33,662 nucleotides of DNA from a virus (IMGVR_UViG_3300032258_000007:1-33662); one strand, 5' to 3'; numbered from the stretch's first letter, positions 20,340 to 27,761 are shown. Numbers and translations: made by a program. Notes: generated from the letters alone by a model not told the origin.

Positions 20340-20381
20340 ATAAAAAATTGAAAAGCAATAGCTTTATCAAGGAGAAAAATA

Positions 20382-20963
20382 ATGGCAAATAAACTTGCAG
20401 AATTGAAAGGTGCATTAGGCGCAGGTGCCAGAGCTAGTAAATACAGAGTTAACTTTTCTGTACCAGCAGCTGTTCCTGTTACTTCTAATCTACAGAATGT
20501 AGATGCACTATGTAAGGCGAGTAACTTCCCTTCAGTGACCATTGGTCAAATCGAAGTTTTCAGCCAGGGCCGTAAACTTATGCTTCCTGGTGACACAACT
20601 TATACAAATGCATGGACTTTGAGTTTCTATAACACAGAAGACCACGCACTTCGTAAAGACATGATTTCATGGATGAAAGCAGCTGATCACTTCCAAAATA
20701 ACTCACACAGTGGTAACCCAGCAGCTCTAATGGGCGAGCTTTCAGTTGAACAGCTTGATTCAGCTGGTAACCCTACTGCTAAGTACACATTCCACAATGT
20801 ATTCGTACAGGAAGTTGGTGAACTAGCTGTTGGTGACGATCAGATTGATACCATTCAGGAGTTCGATGTTACATTCAGCTTTACCGACTGGGTAGTTGGT
20901 GATGGTGAACTTAATAACCCTGCAGCTGGTAATGCTGCTACCGAAAACGAAGTAGCTGGTTAA
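20382..20963 (+). CDS. gp19: major tail tube protein gp19
   Basis: LG.GARA.KY.V, LCKA..FP...IG.IEV..QGRK...PGD..Y...W.L.F, EFDVTF.F. Has its own promoter, a strong RBS and a 3' hairpin. Confidence 0.9.
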   Translation: MANKLAELKGALGAGARASKYRVNFSVPAAVPVTSNLQNVDALCKASNFPSVTIGQIEVFSQGRKLMLPGDTTYTNAWTLSFYNTEDHALRKDMISWMKAADHFQNNSHSGNPAALMGELSVEQLDSAGNPTAKYTFHNVFVQEVGELAVGDDQIDTIQEFDVTFSFTDWVVGDGELNNPAAGNAATENEVAG

Positions 20964-20970
20964 TTAAATC

Positions 20971-20990
20971 CGGGGCCCTTCGGGGCCCTG
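20971..20990 (+). terminator. GC-rich cUUCGg hairpin after gp19 (no clear U-tract; terminator or stabilising hairpin)
   Basis: CGGGGCCC-TTCG-GGGCCCTG. Confidence 0.6.
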
Positions 20991-21002
20991 TGATTACTCA
21001 TT

Positions 21003-21563
21003 ATGCTAAATAATCTTACTAGAAAAGTATCTCAACTTTGGTCTAAAGCTAGTAAAAAGATAAAAGAACTTACTACAAGTCAAAGTAATAAAGCCGTCAA
21101 AGATTTAATCAAGGAAAAGAAAACCCTTAAACGTAAGGATTTCACACCCGGCAATCTAATCTTTACATCCTATGACGCAAAAGATAAAACACAAACTTAT
21201 GATAAAACACCATTGGTTCTAATCCTGAGAACTGGTTCTAACCATACTCTAGGCTTAAATTTTCACTGGTGTCCTATGTCTATGAGAATTAACCTTATCA
21301 AGATTATTATAGCTGCTAATGAGAAAAACATTCAGAGAGGCAGACCACTCGAGTTCAGTTATAAGCAATTGAAACCTTTGCTAAAATCTCTGGGTTATGC
21401 TCCAGTTATTAGATTGTATATCAATGGTCGCTTGGGCACAAAGGGTGTTGTTATTCCACCAGAAAGGCTAATTGAGGTTGCTAGACTTAAAACTGAGTCA
21501 TTTACAAACGGTAAATACTCGGCTGGTCAAATGTACCAAATGGCTAGAAAGAGAAAACGTTAA
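21003..21563 (+). CDS. gp2: DNA end protector protein gp2-like
   Basis: PG.L....YDAK.K...YD..PLV..L, LGLNFHW.P...R, IR.Y. Confidence 0.85.
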   Translation: MLNNLTRKVSQLWSKASKKIKELTTSQSNKAVKDLIKEKKTLKRKDFTPGNLIFTSYDAKDKTQTYDKTPLVLILRTGSNHTLGLNFHWCPMSMRINLIKIIIAANEKNIQRGRPLEFSYKQLKPLLKSLGYAPVIRLYINGRLGTKGVVIPPERLIEVARLKTESFTNGKYSAGQMYQMARKRKR

Positions 21564-21586
21564 TTTTCATAATAATGAAGCTATAA

Positions 21587-21594
21587 TATAAATA
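21587..21594 (+). promoter_or_regulatory. T4-type late promoter TATAAATA
   Basis: Exact match upstream of 21621. Confidence 0.7.
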
Positions 21595-21620
21595 TAATAA
21601 ATTAAGAAAGAGGAAATGAT

Positions 21621-21809
21621 ATGATTGATAAAGAAACAATTGACATGGCTGTTAATCACAAATTCACTGACTTTGAAGCCGGTGTAAAGAGTGCATTACA
21701 AGATAAACTTGCTGGTCATTCAGATATTGTAAACTATACAAACGAGTTCGATACTATCAGAGCGAATAAAGCAAAGTTCGCTGATATTAACGGTAACTCT
21801 GAGGAATAA
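21621..21809 (+). CDS. small putative prohead core protein
   Basis: Lies just before gp21, has an AGAGG RBS and looks helical. Confidence 0.6.
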   Translation: MIDKETIDMAVNHKFTDFEAGVKSALQDKLAGHSDIVNYTNEFDTIRANKAKFADINGNSEE

Positions 21810-21810
21810 T

Positions 21811-22494
21811 ATGCATTTAATCTTCGATATTGATGCCAAGCCGGAGTTCTGCATTGAGGAATCACTCGATGAAGCAACAGGGGTAGCATCAAAGAAATAC
21901 AAAATTAAAGGTATCTTTAGCACAATCGGTGAGAAAAACCGAAACGGTAGAATTTATCCACGTTCATTGTGGGAAACCGAAGTATCTAAGTACCAAGAGA
22001 ATTTCAGTACAGGTTCAATCAACACTCTTATGGAGTATGAGCATCCTGCTCGTACAGTTGTTGACCCTATGGAAGCAGTAGCCAAAATTACAAAACTACA
22101 AGTCAAAGACAGATTTGTTATGGGTGAAGCTGTTCTTCTAGACAACGCGAAAGCTAACCAACTTAAATCATTGATCGATAACGGCGTTAAAATGTCAGTT
22201 TCATCACGTGGTGTTGGATCAGTTAAGAACGGTGTGGTAGAGAACTTTAAACTCGTGACGTATGACATCGTGGCGGCACCGTCTGACTATAACGCATCAA
22301 TGAATGGATTGGTTGAAAGTTATCAGTTGAACGAAGGCGTTATTGAAGACCTGACCTTTAGTATTGATACATTTGGTAATATTGTACCTATGACTGAATG
22401 TGAAGGAGCCTGCAGTCTTTTCGAGAAAGCTGATATTGACGCAGCATTTAAGGAACGATTCGCCGGGATTCTGGACGAATTAAAGAATAAGTAA
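21811..22494 (+). CDS. gp21: prohead protease gp21
   Basis: I.GIF......NRNGRIYP, EYEHP, VSSRGVGS, YDIV..PS...A. Confidence 0.95.
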   Translation: MHLIFDIDAKPEFCIEESLDEATGVASKKYKIKGIFSTIGEKNRNGRIYPRSLWETEVSKYQENFSTGSINTLMEYEHPARTVVDPMEAVAKITKLQVKDRFVMGEAVLLDNAKANQLKSLIDNGVKMSVSSRGVGSVKNGVVENFKLVTYDIVAAPSDYNASMNGLVESYQLNEGVIEDLTFSIDTFGNIVPMTECEGACSLFEKADIDAAFKERFAGILDELKNK

Positions 22495-22512
22495 TTATTT
22501 TTAACCCAGTGT

Positions 22513-22520
22513 TATAAATA
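22513..22520 (+). promoter_or_regulatory. T4-type late promoter TATAAATA
   Basis: Exact match upstream of gp22. Confidence 0.75.
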
Positions 22521-22563
22521 ACAAGTTATTACTGAATAGTAAAAAAATTAAAGGAGATAAAAC

Positions 22564-23289
22564 ATGCTAGAGAAACTTTTCGAATCACTAGATGATAAAG
22601 TTTTTACTTCTGAGTTGAAGGAAGCTCTTGAAGCTCAATTCAATGAAGCTGTTGAAGCTAAAGCTAGTACGCTTGCTGAAGCACGTATCGAAGAAGAAAT
22701 CGATTCTCTAAATGAAAAGTCTGATGCACATATTGAATTTCTGAATGAAAAAGCAGAAGAATATGTTGAACTTGAGAAGGCCAAAATGGTTGAATCATTG
22801 GACAAGTATTTAGAAAGAGTTGTTGATGACTTCGTTGCTGAAGCAAAAGAGAGTCTAGATGAATCTATTAAGTCTGAAAAGGCAGATATGATTATTGAGG
22901 CTTTTGACTCAATGCTTGTTGCAGCAGGTGTTACTGTTGCACAGATCGTTGAAGCTAAGGACGAAGCTGCTGTTGAAAATAAACTAAATGAATCAGTTGA
23001 AAAAATTGATACACTAGTTGATGAAAACATCACACTAAAAGAAGAAAATGAAACCCTAATCAAGATGGGTGTCATTTCTGAATTAAAAGAAGGTCTGTCT
23101 ATTGTTGAAGCAGAAAAATTCACTAAGCTCGCAGAGCTTGTTGAGTTTGATCGTAGCACTGCCTACGCTGAGAAGCTTGAGACAATCAAGGAATCAGTAA
23201 AAGGTTCTGTTGAGACTAAAGAAGTAAAATTAGAAGAAAGTGACGACAATGGTGCTACTGAAGCTCCTGCGTGGGCTCACTTGGTCTAA
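22564..23289 (+). CDS. gp22: prohead scaffolding protein gp22
   Basis: Acidic coiled coil between gp21 and gp23. LDKYL..VV, L...E.EKF..L.E.V, EKL.TIKES. Confidence 0.88.
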   Translation: MLEKLFESLDDKVFTSELKEALEAQFNEAVEAKASTLAEARIEEEIDSLNEKSDAHIEFLNEKAEEYVELEKAKMVESLDKYLERVVDDFVAEAKESLDESIKSEKADMIIEAFDSMLVAAGVTVAQIVEAKDEAAVENKLNESVEKIDTLVDENITLKEENETLIKMGVISELKEGLSIVEAEKFTKLAELVEFDRSTAYAEKLETIKESVKGSVETKEVKLEESDDNGATEAPAWAHLV

Positions 23290-23297
23290 TATAAATA
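23290..23297 (+). promoter_or_regulatory. T4-type late promoter TATAAATA
   Basis: Exact match upstream of gp23. Confidence 0.78.
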
Positions 23298-23326
23298 ATT
23301 TAAAATTCTAAAGGAGAATAATTAAA

Positions 23327-24742
23327 ATGGAAAACATCCAAGCTTTACTTGAAAGTTCTAAGTATACTCCATTGTCTGCAACTGATACTGCTTCAATGAA
23401 GATGATGCTTGAGAACACTGAAAAAGAACATGATCGCCTACTGCGTGAGGGCACCTTGACTGGTGACGTTCAGGGTTTCACCCCTATCCTTATGCCTATG
23501 GTTCGTCGTGTTTATCCTAACCTGATTGCTAATGAGCTTCTAGGTGTACAGCCAATGGCAATGCCAACTGGTTTCATCTACGCTCTTACTAACCAGTACA
23601 CTGGTGATGGCGTAATTTCCGCTAATCCTAACAGTGCTGCTCAGGTTGTGGACTTTACCCTTACAGCTGGTGACTTGACTGGTGGCGAACTTGCTATCGG
23701 TTGTGAAGTTACTGGTAACGTATCTTCTGCTGTAGGTATTGTTGCTCACGTTGAAACTACTGCGGCTGGTGTTGTAAAAGCACTTATCGTAACTTCATCT
23801 GGTGCATTCACTACTGCTGATACTGCTGCTACTCTTACCCAGGCTGACGGTACTACCGCTTCAACTGGTACACTTGCTGTTGATGCTACTTACTCTAACG
23901 AAGCGGCTTTCGGCCACATTCTGAAGAACTACACCGGTACTTATTCTACTGCAGCTGCTGAACAGCTTGCAATGGATATGAAAGAGATTGGCTTCTCTAT
24001 CGGGCGTAAGCAAGTTACTGCGCGTTCACGTGCATTGAAAGGCCAGTACACTGTTGAAATGTATCAGGATCTTAAATCTCAGCATGGTCTACTTGCTGAT
24101 GAAGAGATCATGAGCCTAATGTCTTACGAGATGCAGGCTGAAATTGACCGCGAGGTTGTTGACTTTGTTAATAACATCGGTAACTCTCATGGTCTTGCTG
24201 ATACTGCTTTCACTGCTCCATCTACTACCCCTAACACAGACGGTGGCCGTTGGGAGATTGAAAAATATCGTGTTCAGGCAATCCGTATTGCTAAAGAATC
24301 TGCTCAGATTGGTCTTGGCACCAAGCGTGGTCAGGGTAATATCCTGATTGTATCACCTAAGGTTGCAACTATGTTGGAACAGGTTGGTTCATTCAAGACT
24401 GCTCCTCAGACTTCAGGTGTTACTCAGCCAGTTTCTGGTGGTATCGCTGGTACCTTCGATAACAAGTTCAAAGTTGTTGTTGATCAGTATGCTGTTTCTG
24501 ACTACTGCACTGTACTTTACAAGGGTGCTGACCGTCGTGACGCTTTGGGCTTCTTCGCTCCATACGTTCCTATGTCATTCACCAAGGTTACTAGTTTCGA
24601 ATCTGGTCAGCCTGCTGTAATTGCTAAAACTCGTTACGCTCTTGATACTATTCCAGGTATCTCTAGTGAGACATCTACTGACCGTGCGGCTCTATACTGC
24701 CGTTCATTCGGTGTTAACTTCGCAAATACAATCCTAGCGTAA
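23327..24742 (+). CDS. gp23: major capsid protein gp23
   Basis: P.L.PMVRR..PNLIA..L.GVQPM..PTG.I.AL, V.ARSRALK..YT.E..QDL...HGL.A..E, EI.REV, TKRG.GN, G.F.APYVP, QP....KTRY. Confidence 0.97.
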   Translation: MENIQALLESSKYTPLSATDTASMKMMLENTEKEHDRLLREGTLTGDVQGFTPILMPMVRRVYPNLIANELLGVQPMAMPTGFIYALTNQYTGDGVISANPNSAAQVVDFTLTAGDLTGGELAIGCEVTGNVSSAVGIVAHVETTAAGVVKALIVTSSGAFTTADTAATLTQADGTTASTGTLAVDATYSNEAAFGHILKNYTGTYSTAAAEQLAMDMKEIGFSIGRKQVTARSRALKGQYTVEMYQDLKSQHGLLADEEIMSLMSYEMQAEIDREVVDFVNNIGNSHGLADTAFTAPSTTPNTDGGRWEIEKYRVQAIRIAKESAQIGLGTKRGQGNILIVSPKVATMLEQVGSFKTAPQTSGVTQPVSGGIAGTFDNKFKVVVDQYAVSDYCTVLYKGADRRDALGFFAPYVPMSFTKVTSFESGQPAVIAKTRYALDTIPGISSETSTDRAALYCRSFGVNFANTILA

Positions 24743-24764
24743 GCTAAGACTATTGCTTAATATG

Positions 24765-24792
24765 GCCGGGGCCCTTCGGGGCTCCGGTTTTT
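24765..24792 (+). terminator. Rho-independent terminator after gp23
   Basis: GCCGGGGCCC-TTCG-GGGCTCCGGT followed by a T-run. Confidence 0.85.
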
Positions 24793-24997
24793 AAGTCTGT
24801 GGGGTTCTCTTCCGGTTGTGATTATTGATTACTTCCAAGTCTTTTGCTGCTTGGTTAAGCCATCCCTTATATGCTAATTCAGCATAATCACCACTGCTCA
24901 TCTTAGTAACTTCAGGGGATAGTGTCGCTTTATTACCCTTATGATACTCAAACGCGAGCAATCTTGCTAGTACTTCTTGTTGTGTTCTATCGCACAT
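24791..24997 (-). CDS. hypothetical protein (68 aa), last gene of the accessory operon
   Basis: AGGAG RBS overlapping the stop of 25007. Lacks the YPE tail. Confidence 0.7.
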   Translation of the reverse strand: MCDRTQQEVLARLLAFEYHKGNKATLSPEVTKMSSGDYAELAYKGWLNQAAKDLEVINNHNRKRTPQT

Positions 24998-25006
24998 ATC
25001 GTTCTC

Positions 25007-25237
25007 CTAAAGAAAGTACTCTGGGTACTTTTTCTGAAAATATTTGTATTTACCTAATGGAACTATAAGGGCTTTTTCGGTAACAGAACACAATTTGTTT
25101 ACCTTGCAATCTATACATTTAATTCCAGTGTTTGTATCACCACAGAGCTGGAAATTACCAGTGTTGAATTCATACGGAATAATGCCATGATGTTTAGAGA
25201 ACTCAATGAATAGAATTTCTTGTGAATCATCTTTCAT
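25007..25237 (-). CDS. YPE-tail array gene 12: Cys4 protein, subfamily A (ends KYPEYFL)
   Basis: C-x8-C-x2-C-x5-C; paralog of 25428. Confidence 0.85.
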   Translation of the reverse strand: MKDDSQEILFIEFSKHHGIIPYEFNTGNFQLCGDTNTGIKCIDCKVNKLCSVTEKALIVPLGKYKYFQKKYPEYFL

Positions 25238-25431
25238 ATGAATTCTTCTGGATAATATTTTTTAATAACTTCCAAATCATCTTTGCTCAAATCCCAATCG
25301 CCACACGTTTCAGCAATAACGCAACCAGAACAATGAGTTCCGTGACAGAAAAGAGATTCAGCCCCTGCGTCACCAAATCTTACTTCATGGTGTTCCGCGA
25401 ATTTATAAAAGTCTTCTAGTGCTTGGTTCAT
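25234..25431 (-). CDS. YPE-tail array gene 11: Cys4 protein, subfamily B (ends YYPEEFI)
   Basis: C-x4-C-x2-C-x5-C; paralog of 25652; ATGA overlaps. Confidence 0.85.
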   Translation of the reverse strand: MNQALEDFYKFAEHHEVRFGDAGAESLFCHGTHCSGCVIAETCGDWDLSKDDLEVIKKYYPEEFI

Positions 25432-25655
25432 ATAAAGTGCTCGGGGTATCTGTCTTTTAGATATTCGTATTCTTCTTGTGTAAACGAAAACGACTCTTCT
25501 CTTTCAGAACACATTTGACTTACCTTACACTCTTGACATTGAGTACCATATTCTGAAGATCCACAAAGCTGAAAATTACCATCCGAGAGTTCAATATCTA
25601 TAACATCATGATGTTTAATGTACTCAATGAATAGAATTAATCCACCATCCATCAT
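25428..25655 (-). CDS. YPE-tail array gene 10: Cys4 protein, subfamily A (ends RYPEHFI)
   Basis: C-x8-C-x2-C-x5-C; ILFIE..KHH...GNFQLCG shared with 25007. Confidence 0.85.
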   Translation of the reverse strand: MMDGGLILFIEYIKHHDVIDIELSDGNFQLCGSSEYGTQCQECKVSQMCSEREESFSFTQEEYEYLKDRYPEHFI

Positions 25656-25849
25656 ATGAACAACTCCGGGAATTCATTTTTAATAACTTCCAAATCTTCA
25701 ACACTCAAAGTATCATTAGTACATTTTTTTGAAATAACACACTTTTCACATTCTGTTCCTAAACAAAAAAGAGGAGAATCTTGCTCATCAAAGTCAAATT
25801 CTACATTATGATGCTTTTTAAATTCGTAAAATTCTTCTAATGGTGTCAT
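25652..25849 (-). CDS. YPE-tail array gene 9: Cys4 protein, subfamily B (ends EFPELFI)
   Basis: C-x4-C-x2-C-x5-C; DLEVIK shared with 25234. Confidence 0.85.
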   Translation of the reverse strand: MTPLEEFYEFKKHHNVEFDFDEQDSPLFCLGTECEKCVISKKCTNDTLSVEDLEVIKNEFPELFI

Positions 25850-26115
25850 ATGAAGTACTCGGGGAATTCATTTTTGAACATTTCCCATGATTTAACTTCA
25901 TGCACAATCTCAATTTCTTTGTACCCAGAAGGAATATCAACCAGTACTCGCTCATCCGCTGGTGTTAAACTAATCAACTCACATAACCTTGAGACATCTC
26001 TTGCGCCGTAAGCACCATCTAGTGATACAATTCTCCCACGCGTATAGGCAGGAACCAAAGAATAAAAACCTGTATTAAAACTAGTTCTGTATTTAATAAT
26101 TTTGTACTGTGTCAT
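25846..26115 (-). CDS. YPE-tail array gene 8: non-Cys family C (ends EFPEYFI)
   Basis: YKIIKY.T.F...IV.L...YG...ELI...VD.PS...EIE.V.E shared with 26112. Confidence 0.85.
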   Translation of the reverse strand: MTQYKIIKYRTSFNTGFYSLVPAYTRGRIVSLDGAYGARDVSRLCELISLTPADERVLVDIPSGYKEIEIVHEVKSWEMFKNEFPEYFI

Positions 26116-26381
26116 AGGAAGTACTCTGGGTATTTTTCTCTGAATGACTCAATTGTTCCGATTTCTTGTACAGTTTCAATTTCTGAATTTGTACTTGGCA
26201 TATCAACCGTTTCCCATTTGTCCCTTGGAACTGAACCAATTAGTTCATATAAACTTGAAAGTTCTTTTACTCCATAAACATCATTTAATCTCACAATTGT
26301 ATCGGACATGAAACTGACACTTAAAGAATGAAAGTACTCATCTCCAAATCTAGTCTTGTATTTAATAATTTTGTACATCAT
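26112..26381 (-). CDS. YPE-tail array gene 7: non-Cys family C (ends KYPEYFL)
   Basis: Paralog of 25846, same length (89 aa). Confidence 0.85.
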   Translation of the reverse strand: MMYKIIKYKTRFGDEYFHSLSVSFMSDTIVRLNDVYGVKELSSLYELIGSVPRDKWETVDMPSTNSEIETVQEIGTIESFREKYPEYFL

Positions 26382-26656
26382 ATAAAGTACTCGGGGTATT
26401 TTTCACTTGCTGTTTTCCAAATTTCATTAACTTTGTGTTGTGTTCTGTTCCCTACATGTTCAGCAAAAACAATACCTGTATCATAAAAACCACCAACAAG
26501 TGATGGGAATTGTGAACTGCGTGCTACACACAACCCTTCTCGTTCCATTCGAGATACACCACTTTTATAAATTCCCAAGAAGATGTTGCCAGGAAGAGCC
26601 ACAATACTAAAAAAGTAGTAATGATGCTCAGTTAAGTTCATTTCCGATGTGATCAT
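26378..26656 (-). CDS. YPE-tail array gene 6: unrelated body (ends KYPEYFI)
   Basis: No Cys4 motif and no visible similarity to its neighbours except the tail. Confidence 0.8.
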   Translation of the reverse strand: MITSEMNLTEHHYYFFSIVALPGNIFLGIYKSGVSRMEREGLCVARSSQFPSLVGGFYDTGIVFAEHVGNRTQHKVNEIWKTASEKYPEYFI

Positions 26657-26862
26657 ATGAATACCTCCGGATAATGCTCCTTAATTTCTTCCTTTTCATC
26701 ATCGGTTAAGTTCACATCACCACATTTTTTATCCAGTACACAATCATCACAGGATAAGTGTGAACACATCCAACTAAGATTCGGGTCATCGCTCCACTCA
26801 AAATTCTCAATACCATGTACTCGAAGGTATTTCAATGTATGTTTTTTACCTATAGCACTCAT
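26653..26862 (-). CDS. YPE-tail array gene 5: Cys4 protein (ends HYPEVFI)
   Basis: C-x4-C-x2-C-x5-C. Confidence 0.85.
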   Translation of the reverse strand: MSAIGKKHTLKYLRVHGIENFEWSDDPNLSWMCSHLSCDDCVLDKKCGDVNLTDDEKEEIKEHYPEVFI

Positions 26863-27116
26863 ATGAACAACTCCGGTCTATCTTTCTTGAACTGTTCTAG
26901 TTCATCATCCTCGAAGTACCAGTTTCCTTTGAACTCCTCGCCAGTGCAGAATGATTCACATTTACAACCCTTGCAGAGTAAAGAACAAAAATAATTATCA
27001 CCAATCCCATCAACAATATTCAATCTTTCCCACTGAGGAGTGTAATGCTGGATGAACAACTCATACAACTCATCAACGTTGTTGTTAGGTCCCCATTTAT
27101 CAGCACCTATACTCAT
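26859..27116 (-). CDS. YPE-tail array gene 4: Cys4 protein (ends DRPELFI)
   Basis: C-x3-C-x2-C-x5-C. Start set at the ATGA overlap (27116) rather than 27122. Confidence 0.82.
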   Translation of the reverse strand: MSIGADKWGPNNNVDELYELFIQHYTPQWERLNIVDGIGDNYFCSLLCKGCKCESFCTGEEFKGNWYFEDDELEQFKKDRPELFI

Positions 27117-27316
27117 ATGCATTGCTCTGGGTATCGTTTTTTAGCTTCTTCGATATCTTCCTTTGTTAAAGTTAGATTAGTATTATCTTCATCTACATTA
27201 TCACAAAAACTTCTAATTGTGCAGTTTTGGCTACACATATAGTTCACACACAGACTTTCACCTTCCACCAGATGTGGCACATGATGTTTAATAAATTCTT
27301 CAAGAATAATATTCAT
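27113..27316 (-). CDS. YPE-tail array gene 3: Cys4 protein (ends RYPEQCI)
   Basis: FIKHH and C-x4-C-x3-C-x5-C. Confidence 0.85.
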   Translation of the reverse strand: MNIILEEFIKHHVPHLVEGESLCVNYMCSQNCTIRSFCDNVDEDNTNLTLTKEDIEEAKKRYPEQCI

Positions 27317-27522
27317 AGGAAGTACTCTGGGTATTCTTCTTTGATAATTTCCATATCATCACCACGTAATGAGTCATCACAATCTCTATATACTGGGCAC
27401 TTACTACAAAAACTGAATTGTTTATCAGCACAATGAGTCCAGTCACCATCATTGCCGCGCTCAAAAACAGGTATCTCATGAAGTACATATTTTCTAAATC
27501 TATCTAGTGGTTTCAAGCTCAT
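27313..27522 (-). CDS. YPE-tail array gene 2: Cys4 protein (ends EYPEYFL)
   Basis: C-x7-C-x2-CP-x4-C. Confidence 0.85.
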   Translation of the reverse strand: MSLKPLDRFRKYVLHEIPVFERGNDGDWTHCADKQFSFCSKCPVYRDCDDSLRGDDMEIIKEEYPEYFL

Positions 27523-27761
27523 ACGAAGTCCTCTGGGTACAGTTCCTTCAGAATTTCTTCATCATTATCTCTGTGATCAGGGGCGGCTTCTTCACCCCAT
27601 AAAGCCACACACTCTAATCCTAATGGGCAGTTTTGTCCACACCGAATATCTAAACAGTAAGTATAAATGTCATCGTGCTTAGTATTATCTAAGCATATTT
27701 CTTTCAGCTTTGCCAATTCGTAGAATTCTATTCTTTGTTCTTGTGTTGTTGGATTACTCAT
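27519..27761 (-). CDS. YPE-tail array gene 1: Cys4 protein (ends LYPEDFV)
   Basis: C-x4-C-x3-CP-x4-C. Confidence 0.85.
   Translation of the reverse strand: MSNPTTQEQRIEFYELAKLKEICLDNTKHDDIYTYCLDIRCGQNCPLGLECVALWGEEAAPDHRDNDEEILKELYPEDFV

Larger units (their letters stand above)
25007..27539 (-). repeat. 12 dispersed copies of a ~21-nt gene-end junction, consensus TAC CCn GAG TAC TTC ATA TGA, spaced ~195-275 nt
   Basis: Read at each stop: 25007, 25234, 25428, 25652, 25846, 26112, 26378, 26653, 26859, 27113, 27313, 27519. Confidence 0.9.

Noticed and set aside
25007-27539. Junction repeats as a CRISPR array
   Set aside because: The repeats are degenerate, vary at codon third positions and are separated by ~195-275 nt intact ORFs. 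No cas genes are present.
25007-27761. The array as one polyprotein through TGA recoding or frameshifting
   Set aside because: Each junction changes frame by an ATGA overlap with an SD-positioned GAG, and there is no consistent slippery site. nrdA, thyX and gp27 end normally at TGA, so the standard code applies.
25007-27761. Diversity-generating retroelement
   Set aside because: No reverse transcriptase in the window and no near-identical TR/VR pair differing only at adenines.
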